From Kiritimatiellia bacterium (GTDB lineage: Bacteria; Verrucomicrobiota; Kiritimatiellia; JAAZAB01), in contig JAXGPF010000006.1 of assembly GCA_040767085.1 (NCBI GenBank), forward strand, positions 256,001 to 320,000: 64,000 nt of DNA, in the 5' to 3' direction. Position numbers and translations under genes: made by a program. Below the pieces are notes generated by a model. It made no database searches. It saw nothing but the letters and a program-made list of their open reading frames with translations, and was not told where the DNA came from. Of the stretch, positions 46,117-54,655 are shown piece by piece. Numbering within the stretch: position 1 is the first letter of the stretch; every line of letters begins with the position of its first letter.

Positions 46117-46626
46117 ATGAGTCCATTCGCACATGTCGCTGTTTCCACCGCGCTGGGGGGCGTCCTCTGGCTGGCGTTAAAATCCTTCCCGGCGGGGCTG
46201 GCCTGCCTGCTGGCAGGCGTGCTGGTGGATTTGGACCACCTGCTGGATTACGTTTACAATCACGGTTGGCGGCCCCGGCCCCGCCATTTCCTGAAGACTT
46301 TCAAAAACGACATCCTGCGGCGCATCATCGTTTTGCTGCACTCCTGGGAACTGGCGCCCCTGGCCGTGCTGGCCGTCTGGCGCAGCGGCTGGCACCCGGT
46401 CGGCATCGGCCTGCTGGCGGGCGCGCTGACGCACCTGGCGCTGGACCAGATCTGCAACCGCCATAACCCGCTGGCTTATTTCCTGATTTACCGGCTACGC
46501 CACCGGTTCGCCAGCCGGCCGTTTTACGGCCGGGACGAATACCGGCGCCGCCTGCGCCGGCAGCGCGAACATGACCGCATCCGGCAGGGCGCCCCGCCGC
46601 CAAACCGGGTTCTGCCGCCGCCGTAA
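46117..46626 (+). CDS. Small membrane protein, putative metal-dependent hydrolase (YdjM-like)
   Basis: N-terminal His, DLDHLLD, LHSWE and HLALD motifs among TM helices. Confidence 0.6.
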   Translation: MSPFAHVAVSTALGGVLWLALKSFPAGLACLLAGVLVDLDHLLDYVYNHGWRPRPRHFLKTFKNDILRRIIVLLHSWELAPLAVLAVWRSGWHPVGIGLLAGALTHLALDQICNRHNPLAYFLIYRLRHRFASRPFYGRDEYRRRLRRQREHDRIRQGAPPPNRVLPPP

Positions 46627-46722
46627 CATCCAGCAGCCGGCGGCCAACCTGCCGGCAACGCCGCCATCAATCAAAAGACCGAAAGAGCAGCAGCATGCGT
46701 GATATCAACCAGGAGGTTTCAA

Positions 46723-47757
46723 ATGTCGAAGCTGACCGCACCCAGAATCGCCGCCGCCGGGATTTCAGGCCTGACACTGCTGACCGCGCTGAACGCGCCG
46801 GCCCAGTGGCCGGCACACGTCGCGGAAGTAAAAATCGCCAGTTCGGCCGACGGCGCCGAACAGCCCGCCATGTTTTACGCGCCGGCCGGAACCAACCCCG
46901 TTCCCTTGCTGGTGTCGCTGCATACCTGGAGCAGCAATTACCGGCAGGTTGCCGCCGCCCGCGCTAACTGGTGCCTGGCTCGCGATTGGGCCTTCGTGCA
47001 TCCGAACTTCCGCGGGCCGAATAAAACGCCGGACGCCATGGGCTCGGAACTGGCGGTCCAGGACATTCTCGACGCCGTGGCTTACGCCAGAACCCGGGCC
47101 GCCATTGACGGCTCCCGGATTTACCTGTTGGGATTTTCCGGCGGCGGTTATGCGGCCCTGCTGCTGGCCGGGCGCGCCCCGGATGTCTGGGCCGGCGTAT
47201 CCGCCTGGTGCGGGATCTCCGATCTTAAAAAATGGCATTCCCAGAGCCGCGGTTACGGGCGCAACATCGAAGCCGCGGTTCAGGGCAATCCCCAGGATGA
47301 TACCCGGGCCGCCGCGGAATGCCTGCGCCGCTCGCCCGTGGCCTGGCTGGACCAGGCCCGCGGCATTCCCATCGATATCGCCGCCGGCATCCATGACGGC
47401 CACACGGGCAGCGTGCCGGTCAGCCAAAGCCTGGAAGCCTTCAATCTGCTGGCCGATCCCGGCGCCCGGCTGGCGGAAGCGGATATCGCCGTCATCACCC
47501 GCGAGCAAGCCGTTCCAGCCCACCTCCAGGCGGAGGGTGGCGGCCTGTTATTAAAATTAAACAAAATACCGATCCATTTCCGACGCCAGTCGGGCAATGC
47601 GCGGGTCACGATATTCGAAGGCGGACACCAGGGCCTGGACGGAGTGGCGCTACCCTGGCTCGCCTTGCAGCGCAAGGGCGCATCGGCGATTTGGACCGCC
47701 GCTGACCCGCCCGCGGACGCGCCAGTGGATTTGGATGCGGCTGCCACCGGAAAATAA
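46723..47757 (+). CDS. Secreted alpha/beta hydrolase (S9-like esterase/peptidase)
   Basis: PLLVSLHTWS, GFSGGG nucleophile, DG..VP, FEGGH; AGGAGG RBS. Confidence 0.82.
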   Translation: MSKLTAPRIAAAGISGLTLLTALNAPAQWPAHVAEVKIASSADGAEQPAMFYAPAGTNPVPLLVSLHTWSSNYRQVAAARANWCLARDWAFVHPNFRGPNKTPDAMGSELAVQDILDAVAYARTRAAIDGSRIYLLGFSGGGYAALLLAGRAPDVWAGVSAWCGISDLKKWHSQSRGYGRNIEAAVQGNPQDDTRAAAECLRRSPVAWLDQARGIPIDIAAGIHDGHTGSVPVSQSLEAFNLLADPGARLAEADIAVITREQAVPAHLQAEGGGLLLKLNKIPIHFRRQSGNARVTIFEGGHQGLDGVALPWLALQRKGASAIWTAADPPADAPVDLDAAATGK

Positions 47758-47805
47758 CCCCCCGGCAACGGATACCGCAAACGGCCAACAACGGCGGACC
47801 ACCGC

Positions 47806-49059
47806 TCAACGTCCGCAACAATGTTTGAATTTCCGCCCGCTGCCGCAGGGGCACGGCGCATTCCGTCCCGGCGGCATGGGGGCCGTCTCCGCCGGCGGGC
47901 CGGCGCTGACAACTGCGGCCAGCCGCCGCAATTCCGGCAAAGCATGCCGAAAAAAAACACGCCAGCCCGCGCAGAGCCGGCTGATTTCCTCGCCTGACGG
48001 GCCGCGGTGCTTGGGGCAATCGCCCGCGCAGAATTCCAACCACGGACAAGCATCGCAGGCCGCCGGAAGGCGCCGCTTGCGCCGGCCGAATTCCTCATAA
48101 CGCGGAGATTGGCGGAGTTGTCCCCAGGTATCCTCGTTTATGTTGCCCAGCCGCCAGCGCGGTTCCGCGAAAAAATCGCAGGGATACACATCGCCATTAT
48201 GTTCCACCATAAAGTATTGCCGGCAATCGTCTTCCATGGCGCACAGCCCGGCCGGCTGGCGCAGAATGCGCGCCAGCATCGAGTCGAAAAGGCGGATCGA
48301 AACCCGGCCGGCATCCGGCCGCCAGCAATCGAACAACTCGCAGAGGAAATCGCCCCATTCCGCGCCGGTAATGGCAAACGGCTGCCGCCCGCCCTGCGTA
48401 TCATATTCGACACACGGAATATATTGCTGATAAGCAAACCCCGCCCCGCACAAATACCGGTAAACCGCAGATGCCCGGCGGACATTGGCCGCCGTGACCA
48501 GGGTGAGAATGTTGAACTCCGCGCGCTGGCGGCGCAAACAGGCGATTCCGCGCATCACCGCGGCATGCGACCCGGAAGCCGGCGCCGCGGCGCGGCGATA
48601 ACAATCGTGAATTTCCGGCGGACCATCCAGGCTGACGCCCACCAGGAAACGGTACCGGGCCAGGCAGGCGGCGAAAGCATCATCCAGCAGCATGGCATTG
48701 GTTTGCAAGCCATTGGCGACCACGGCGCCGCGGCGTCCGTATTTTTGCTGTAAACGCGTAACAGCCTGAAAAAAATCCAAGCCCATCAGCGTGGGTTCCC
48801 CGCCCTGCCAGCCGAAAATGTGCTGCGGCATATCCAAGGCCATGTATCCCGCAATCAACTGTTCCAGCGTCGCCAGGCGCATGCGCGGTGCCGTTTCCCC
48901 GGGATACAAAGCGGCGCAGCGGCGGTAAAAGCAATACGCGCATTGCAAATTGCAGTCAGCGCCCGCCGGCTTGACCAGCAGGGAAAAAGTTTTCGGGTGC
49001 GGCTTGGCCGCCGCCGATCCATCAGCCGTCTTCAGCGGTCCATGTGATTCACCGTTCAT
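47806..49059 (-). CDS. Anaerobic sulfatase maturase (radical SAM/SPASM) with C-terminal SEC-C motif
   Basis: KPAGADCNLQCAYCFY, WQGGEPTL, GDVYPCDFF, CxxCxxxxxCxGxCPKHR, GRNAPCPCGSGRKFKHCC. Confidence 0.92.
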   Translation of the reverse strand: MNGESHGPLKTADGSAAAKPHPKTFSLLVKPAGADCNLQCAYCFYRRCAALYPGETAPRMRLATLEQLIAGYMALDMPQHIFGWQGGEPTLMGLDFFQAVTRLQQKYGRRGAVVANGLQTNAMLLDDAFAACLARYRFLVGVSLDGPPEIHDCYRRAAAPASGSHAAVMRGIACLRRQRAEFNILTLVTAANVRRASAVYRYLCGAGFAYQQYIPCVEYDTQGGRQPFAITGAEWGDFLCELFDCWRPDAGRVSIRLFDSMLARILRQPAGLCAMEDDCRQYFMVEHNGDVYPCDFFAEPRWRLGNINEDTWGQLRQSPRYEEFGRRKRRLPAACDACPWLEFCAGDCPKHRGPSGEEISRLCAGWRVFFRHALPELRRLAAVVSAGPPAETAPMPPGRNAPCPCGSGRKFKHCCGR

Positions 49060-49326
49060 GGGGTGCAGTGTTCAGGATGCATGTCCTCTGTGCCTTTGCC
49101 CCTTTAACACAGCGTTCGGCGTTCAGCGGCACAAAACCTTAAAACCGTAAAACTTTAAACCTTTATATCCATTCAACGGCGCTTGCTGTTGCAAAATACG
49201 CTTGGGCGGCTGTAAGCGTCAAGCAATTTGCGGCAAAGCCCTTGCAAAGTGCGCGCCGAAAATGTAAATTGCAATCCAGATTTTGCCGCATTGAAGCGAC
49301 CGCTGCCGGAAAATGACGGGGAGCAT

Positions 49327-50844
49327 ATGAGCAGCCGCATTGGCTTTGACAACCAGCGTTATCTGCGGGAGCAAACCCAGGCCATCCTGGAGCGCGCGGA
49401 CCATTTCGGACAGAAACTCTACCTGGAATTCGGCGGCAAGCTGTTTTTCGACTACCACGCCGCGCGCGTGCTGCCGGGTTATGACCCGAACGTCAAAATC
49501 CGGCTTCTGCACGGGCTGCGCGAACAGGCCCAGATTCTGCTCTGCATTCATGCCGGCGCCATCGAGCAGAAAAAAATGCGCGCCGATTTCGGCATCACCT
49601 ATGATACCGATGCCCTGAAACTGATTGACGACCTGCGCGACTGGCAAATCGAGCTATGCGCGGTGGTGATCACCCGCTACGATGATCAGCCCGGCGCCGT
49701 GCTATTCAAAAATAAACTCGAACGCCGCGGCGTACGCGTTTGCACGCACCGCCCCACCCGCGGCTACCCGACGGATGTGGACCTGATCGTCAGCGAGCGC
49801 GGCTACGGCGCCAACGAATTCATCCCGACAACCAAGCCGCTGGTCGTCATCACCGGCCCCGGCCCGGGCAGCGGCAAACTGGCGACCTGCCTGAGCCAGA
49901 TTTACCACGAGCAGAAACATGGCGTGCAGGCCGGCTACGCTAAATTTGAGACCTTCCCTATCTGGAACCTGCCCCTCAATCACCCGGTGAACATCGCCTA
50001 CGAAGCCGCCACCGCCGACTTGCAGGACGTCAACATGATCGACCCGTTCCACCTGGAAGCCTGCCAGGTCACCGCCATTAATTACAACCGTGATATCGAA
50101 GCCTTCCCCATCGTCCGGAAAATCCTGCGGCATATCGCCGGCCGGGAGCCCCTGTACCGCTCGCCGACAGAGATGGGGGTCAACCGCGTGGCCTGCGGCA
50201 TCACCGACGACGCCGTGGTCAGAGAAGCCGCCGGCGCGGAGGCGATCCGGCGCTATTTCCGCTATGCCTCGGAATACGCCATGGGATTCGTGGATAAACC
50301 CACGGTCGCCCGCGCCGCCCGACTCCTGGAAACGCTGCACCTGGCCCCCGAAGACCGCCCGGTAGTCCTCCCCGCCCGGCAAGCCGCGCGCGATGCGCAA
50401 GCGTCCGGCAAGGGACATGACGGCATTTATTGCGGCGCCGCCATGGCCCTGCCCGACGGCGCGCTGGTGACTGGCAAGAATTCACCCCTGATGCACGCAG
50501 CTTCCAGCCTGATTTTAAACGCCGTCAAACAACTGGCAGGCATGCCGGACAAACTGCACATTCTTTCCCCCAACATCACCGAGGCCGTCGCCCGCCTGAA
50601 ACACGACATCCTCTCCGGCCGCAACCCCAGCCTGGACCTTGACGAAACCCTGATCGCCCTCAGCATCAGCGCCACCAATAACCCCACGGCGCAATTATGC
50701 CTGGAAAAACTCAAAGACCTGCGCGGCTGCGACGTGCACATGACCCATATCCCCACCCCGGGCGACGAAGTGGGTTTGCGCCGCCTGGGCGTGCACCTTA
50801 CCACCGATCCTAATTTCTCCACCAACGACCTTTACGTCGGTTGA
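49327..50844 (+). CDS. DUF1846 family protein
   Basis: IGFDN..YL, KLYLEFGGKLF.DYHAARVLPG, GPGPGSGKLATCLSQ.YH, KFETFPIWNLPL.HPVN.AYEAATADL. Confidence 0.92.
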   Translation: MSSRIGFDNQRYLREQTQAILERADHFGQKLYLEFGGKLFFDYHAARVLPGYDPNVKIRLLHGLREQAQILLCIHAGAIEQKKMRADFGITYDTDALKLIDDLRDWQIELCAVVITRYDDQPGAVLFKNKLERRGVRVCTHRPTRGYPTDVDLIVSERGYGANEFIPTTKPLVVITGPGPGSGKLATCLSQIYHEQKHGVQAGYAKFETFPIWNLPLNHPVNIAYEAATADLQDVNMIDPFHLEACQVTAINYNRDIEAFPIVRKILRHIAGREPLYRSPTEMGVNRVACGITDDAVVREAAGAEAIRRYFRYASEYAMGFVDKPTVARAARLLETLHLAPEDRPVVLPARQAARDAQASGKGHDGIYCGAAMALPDGALVTGKNSPLMHAASSLILNAVKQLAGMPDKLHILSPNITEAVARLKHDILSGRNPSLDLDETLIALSISATNNPTAQLCLEKLKDLRGCDVHMTHIPTPGDEVGLRRLGVHLTTDPNFSTNDLYVG

Positions 50845-50895
50845 TTCTGATCTTTCATAATGCCATGACACCCCCAACCTGTTTCCGGTCAAATG

Positions 50896-50917
50896 TGAGA
50901 AAATGAAAAAACTCTCA
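50896..50917. promoter_or_regulatory. Candidate enhancer-binding-protein site (UAS)
   Basis: TGAGA-N12-TCTCA dyad about 80-100 bp upstream of the sigma54 motif. Confidence 0.35.
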
Positions 50918-50943
50918 TGTTACATCGGGACCAAGGGATTTAA

Positions 50944-50956
50944 TATCAACTGATTG
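50944..50956 (+). promoter_or_regulatory. IHF-type binding site
   Basis: TATCAACTGATTG matches WATCAANNNNTTR exactly, between the UAS and the sigma54 motif. Confidence 0.55.
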
Positions 50957-50995
50957 CCCAATAAAACACTGGATTAACCATGTCATGATCTGACA

Positions 50996-51011
50996 TGGCA
51001 TAATTTCTGCT
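50996..51011 (+). promoter_or_regulatory. sigma54 (-24/-12) promoter of the pilin cluster
   Basis: TGGCATAATTTCTGCT, correct GG-N10-GC spacing, 60 bp upstream of the first pilin ATG. Confidence 0.7.
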
Positions 51012-51070
51012 CTTAAAGCGGTGTAAGGTTTCGTTTGCCTTTTCCCGGTGTCCGGTCTATATTGTTCATT

Positions 51071-51493
51071 ATGAAGAAAGGTTTTACGCTGGTGGAAGTG
51101 TTAATTGCTGCGGCGTTGCTGGCGATTACCATCGGGGCTCTGCTCACGGCAATCATGACGGCGCGACGGTCGGCGCTGGTGTCGGGCACGCGTTTGGCGG
51201 CAATGCAGGTGGCGCGCCAGCAAATGGAGACGTTGTTGAATTATCCTTTCAGCGCGGCAACGCAATTGAGTTTCGGCGCGCACACGATTCCGCCGGTAAC
51301 GCAATTGATCTATGGCACGCATTCTACCGCCACCGGTGTGTTTTACGGGAATTATATCGTTTCCAGTAATGCGCAGTTTTCAAGCATGTTGGTTAAAAAC
51401 ATCAGTTTGACGATTTTCTGGACGAACGCCGGCTTGCGCTGGTCGTCCAGCGTCAGCCTGAATGGTTCCATCAGCAGGCCATTGCACCCATGA
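51071..51493 (+). CDS. Type IV minor pilin / pseudopilin (PilV/GspI-like), cassette 1
   Basis: KKG|FTLVE class III signal peptide plus hydrophobic helix, AMQVARQQME. Confidence 0.85.
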   Translation: MKKGFTLVEVLIAAALLAITIGALLTAIMTARRSALVSGTRLAAMQVARQQMETLLNYPFSAATQLSFGAHTIPPVTQLIYGTHSTATGVFYGNYIVSSNAQFSSMLVKNISLTIFWTNAGLRWSSSVSLNGSISRPLHP

Positions 51494-52110
51494 TCAATTT
51501 ACGGCACATTTGGCGCCGCGCCGGCCGGCCGACGCGGCGGCGGCGCGCTGGTTTTACCATGACGGAACTGATGGTTGCCGCCGGCATTTTCAGCCTGGTG
51601 TCAGCGGGCGCCATCAGCCTCTACCTGGTGTGCCAAAGGGTCTGGCATGCCACAACCATGAACATCCATGCCACGCGCGAAGTCAGCCTGGCTTTGAACA
51701 AAATAGTTTACGGAATGGGCACCAACCTCGGCCTGCGGGCCGCCATCCGCGTGACGCTGCAAACCAATTGCAGCGGCTGGCGCGCCGGCGCGGGGTATCC
51801 CCTGGCGGCCAACAGCACGTCCCATGGCATCACCGCCGCCGGCACGCCGGACGGCAGTTGGCGGATGGTGGTGCTGAACACCAACGGCACCCAATGGATA
51901 GACTACAATATCAAAGCGAGCAACCTCGTTTTCTGGCCCGTCCCCAACGCCACCAACAGCCGGCTGCAGCTCGGTAATTATATTGCCAGCGCGCAGGTGG
52001 CGACAAACCTGGACGGGGTCAACATCAGCCTGACGGCCGTGCGGCGGCATGGGCAGTTGCGCGGCGCTTACGGGGCATCTACCTTCATCAATTTGCGCAA
52101 TCGTAATTAA
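51490..52110 (+). CDS. Type IV minor pilin (PilW/GspJ-like), cassette 1
   Basis: RRAG|FTMTE, C-terminal INLRN; ATGA overlap. Confidence 0.82.
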   Translation: MINLRHIWRRAGRPTRRRRAGFTMTELMVAAGIFSLVSAGAISLYLVCQRVWHATTMNIHATREVSLALNKIVYGMGTNLGLRAAIRVTLQTNCSGWRAGAGYPLAANSTSHGITAAGTPDGSWRMVVLNTNGTQWIDYNIKASNLVFWPVPNATNSRLQLGNYIASAQVATNLDGVNISLTAVRRHGQLRGAYGASTFINLRNRN

Positions 52111-52132
52111 CCCAGACCATGCGTTGCATCCG

Positions 52133-53806
52133 ATGAAAACACAGGCGACAAATTCCGGGGCGGTTTTAGTGGCAGTCATCAGCTTTACCGCGCTGGCGGC
52201 CATCCTGGCCGCCAGCATGCTGTCCGACGGCATGACGCAAATCCGGCTCGCCCGGCGCCAGGTTCTGATGGAGCAGGCCTTTTACCTGGCGGAAGGCGGC
52301 GCGGAACAGGCCGTGGCTTATATCCGCAACGGCCAGAATGTGCCCGGCGTGGTCACGGGCGCGTTTATTTACCCCAACAACACCACCGGCAAATTCACGG
52401 CAGTGGTCGTCCAGGCGTTCGACACCGCTAACGGCGGTTCAACCGGGACGAATTCCGTATCTGGCAGCCTCCGCATCAACCCCAACAATTCTTCCCAGCA
52501 CGAGTTCCTGCTGGTCAAACCCGACGGGACCACCATCACCCGCGACGACTTGCAGGGCGACACCACGGCTTACACCAGCACGCCTTGCGTCTATTACACC
52601 GGACCGGCGGTGATGATCCGGGTCAAGCCTATGGGCAACGGCAGTCAGAACACTCTTGTGGTCAATGGCGCCGTCTATCCCCTGCTCAATGCCAATACCT
52701 ACGACCTGGTTTCCCTGGACATGCGTGTCCAGGTTTACAATGACGGGCGCAACCAGGGGAACGGGCGCGCCAACGGCCAGTGGTGGCTCGGCAGCATTGA
52801 CGGCGACGAGGTGACGATCGGCGAGCAGACCAGCGGCGGCGGCGGGCCGATCTCGCGTCAATTCACGATCTTTTCCACCGGCCGGATCGGCGGCGCCACC
52901 CGGGCGGTAATCCTGGAAGGTGTACAGCAACAGGCCTGGTCCCGCTTCGCCCTTTGGTACAACAACTCCGCCGGCCCGATCTGGATCGGCAGCGGCGAGG
53001 TTTTCAACGGGCCGGTCCACGCCAACACCCTGATTTACCTCGACGGCAATCCGATTTTCAACGAATTGCTGTCTTCCACCGCGGCCAACTGGGGGCCCGG
53101 CAGCGATTTAGCGCAGGTGCAATTCAACGGCGGCACCTGGCTGAACGCGCCGGCCGACACCATGGCGACCGTGGTGTTCACTAATTTGCGGGCATCCGCC
53201 ACCATGACCGTCACCGGCCTGACCCACATGACCATGGCCGGCACAAATCTCTTCATCACCAATGCCCGGATGGGCTGGAACAACTACCGCCTTGACTCGC
53301 CGTCCAACGGCATGCTCTACGTGGAAACCGCCAACAGCGGCTTGAATCGCAGCGGCATTATCAATATCGGCGGCCAACTGGACGGGCGCCTGACGGTCGT
53401 GGCGGACAACAGCATCCAGATCACCAACCACCTGACTTACGCGGTCCACCCGACCAACAACTCGAATGACGCCCTGGGGTTGATCGCCCGGAACGACGTC
53501 GAAGTCCGCGCCAACGCGCCCGCCAATCTCAATGTATTCGCGCACATCATCGCCTGCAATACCGACAACAGCACGTACGAAAGCGGCTTTTTCGTCGAGA
53601 ATTACAGCACCCGTTTCGGCTGCGGCTTCCTGAACGTCTATGGCGGCATCGTGGAAAACAACCGCGGCGCCGTCGGCACCACCGCCGGGCGGGGTTATTC
53701 CAAGAATTACACTTACGATGAACGGTTCCGCTTCGCGCCGCCACCCAATTACCCGACGGTGCTGGACACCTATCAATGGAACAATTGGAGGGAGAAAGCG
53801 TTATGA
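52133..53806 (+). CDS. PilX/GspK-like minor pilin with DUF4900-like C-terminus, cassette 1
   Basis: NSG|AVLVAV without E5, QAFYLAEGGAE, GPVHAN, GYSKNYTYDERF..PPPNYP. Confidence 0.8.
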   Translation: MKTQATNSGAVLVAVISFTALAAILAASMLSDGMTQIRLARRQVLMEQAFYLAEGGAEQAVAYIRNGQNVPGVVTGAFIYPNNTTGKFTAVVVQAFDTANGGSTGTNSVSGSLRINPNNSSQHEFLLVKPDGTTITRDDLQGDTTAYTSTPCVYYTGPAVMIRVKPMGNGSQNTLVVNGAVYPLLNANTYDLVSLDMRVQVYNDGRNQGNGRANGQWWLGSIDGDEVTIGEQTSGGGGPISRQFTIFSTGRIGGATRAVILEGVQQQAWSRFALWYNNSAGPIWIGSGEVFNGPVHANTLIYLDGNPIFNELLSSTAANWGPGSDLAQVQFNGGTWLNAPADTMATVVFTNLRASATMTVTGLTHMTMAGTNLFITNARMGWNNYRLDSPSNGMLYVETANSGLNRSGIINIGGQLDGRLTVVADNSIQITNHLTYAVHPTNNSNDALGLIARNDVEVRANAPANLNVFAHIIACNTDNSTYESGFFVENYSTRFGCGFLNVYGGIVENNRGAVGTTAGRGYSKNYTYDERFRFAPPPNYPTVLDTYQWNNWREKAL

Positions 53807-54201
53807 ACGGCGCCTCCAATAGCGGCAGAACCGATGCTCCCGCCCCGCTGGTGATTTTCACGGCCGTGGTTTTGATCGCGGCGGGCGTGGGCGCTTCGGT
53901 TTGGACGTTGTGGCAATCCCTGCGCAGCGCGCCTGTCGCCCCGCCGGCGGCCGATGCGCCGGCGGCGCCGTTGCTGGCTTCGCCGCTTCAGCAGTCCTCC
54001 GCCTCCGGCGCGCCGGCGTCAACCTCGGCCCCGTTGCGGGGTGGCGAATTCAACACGGACTTTGAGCAGATGCGCCAACGCGAAGCGACTGGGCAGGCGG
54101 CGGCAGCCGTCCTGCGGCGCGCGCGGAAGGCCGGCGCCGGTTCACCCTGGACCGAGGATCAGGTCCAAGCCGTGGAACGCGGGGACTTGGCCATCCGTTG
54201 A
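53803..54201 (+). CDS. Hypothetical single-pass membrane protein
   Basis: One TM helix plus Ala/Pro linker; ATGA overlap with the upstream gene. Confidence 0.55.
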   Translation: MNGASNSGRTDAPAPLVIFTAVVLIAAGVGASVWTLWQSLRSAPVAPPAADAPAAPLLASPLQQSSASGAPASTSAPLRGGEFNTDFEQMRQREATGQAAAAVLRRARKAGAGSPWTEDQVQAVERGDLAIR

Positions 54202-54244
54202 GAACTGCCAGCTCCGCGCGGCCACAGGCCACACTGTAAGACTT

Positions 54245-54655
54245 ATGCGCCCAAACGCTAAAAATGGATTCACCATGGTGGAGATGATGGTCGCCGGAAC
54301 GATTTTCCTGTTGTTCTGCGCGGGATTCTTCTCCGCCTATATCGCGGCCATCGGCGCGCAGCGAATGGCGGCGAACCATTACCGCGCGCTTTGCCTCGCC
54401 CGCAACCGCATCCAGCACGCGCGTGCCTCGGAGTATTCCAGCCTGGAATTGCTGGCGGAAACCTCCAACGCCGTTGACGTCGTCGGCAATCCCGACCCGG
54501 CGGGCGGATTCCGGCGCAGCACCACCATTATCCCGGACACCAACACCACCGCCAATATTTCGCAATTTATCGTGCAGGTGTGGTTTCCAGCGCACCGCGG
54601 GCGTTTAAGCTCCACCCCGGTGGAACAGACCACCTTGATTGCCAACCCGATGTGA
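54245..54655 (+). CDS. Type IV minor pilin (PilV-like), cassette 2
   Basis: KNG|FTMVE, ALCLARNRIQ. Confidence 0.82.
   Translation: MRPNAKNGFTMVEMMVAGTIFLLFCAGFFSAYIAAIGAQRMAANHYRALCLARNRIQHARASEYSSLELLAETSNAVDVVGNPDPAGGFRRSTTIIPDTNTTANISQFIVQVWFPAHRGRLSSTPVEQTTLIANPM

Noticed and set aside
45839-46132. N-terminal extension of L21 in the ORF track
   Set aside because: Homology and the RBS place the start at 45838; the upstream region holds the promoter
47806-49059. Radical SAM/SPASM enzyme as a RiPP maturase
   Set aside because: Motifs match anaerobic sulfatase maturases and no precursor peptide is evident nearby
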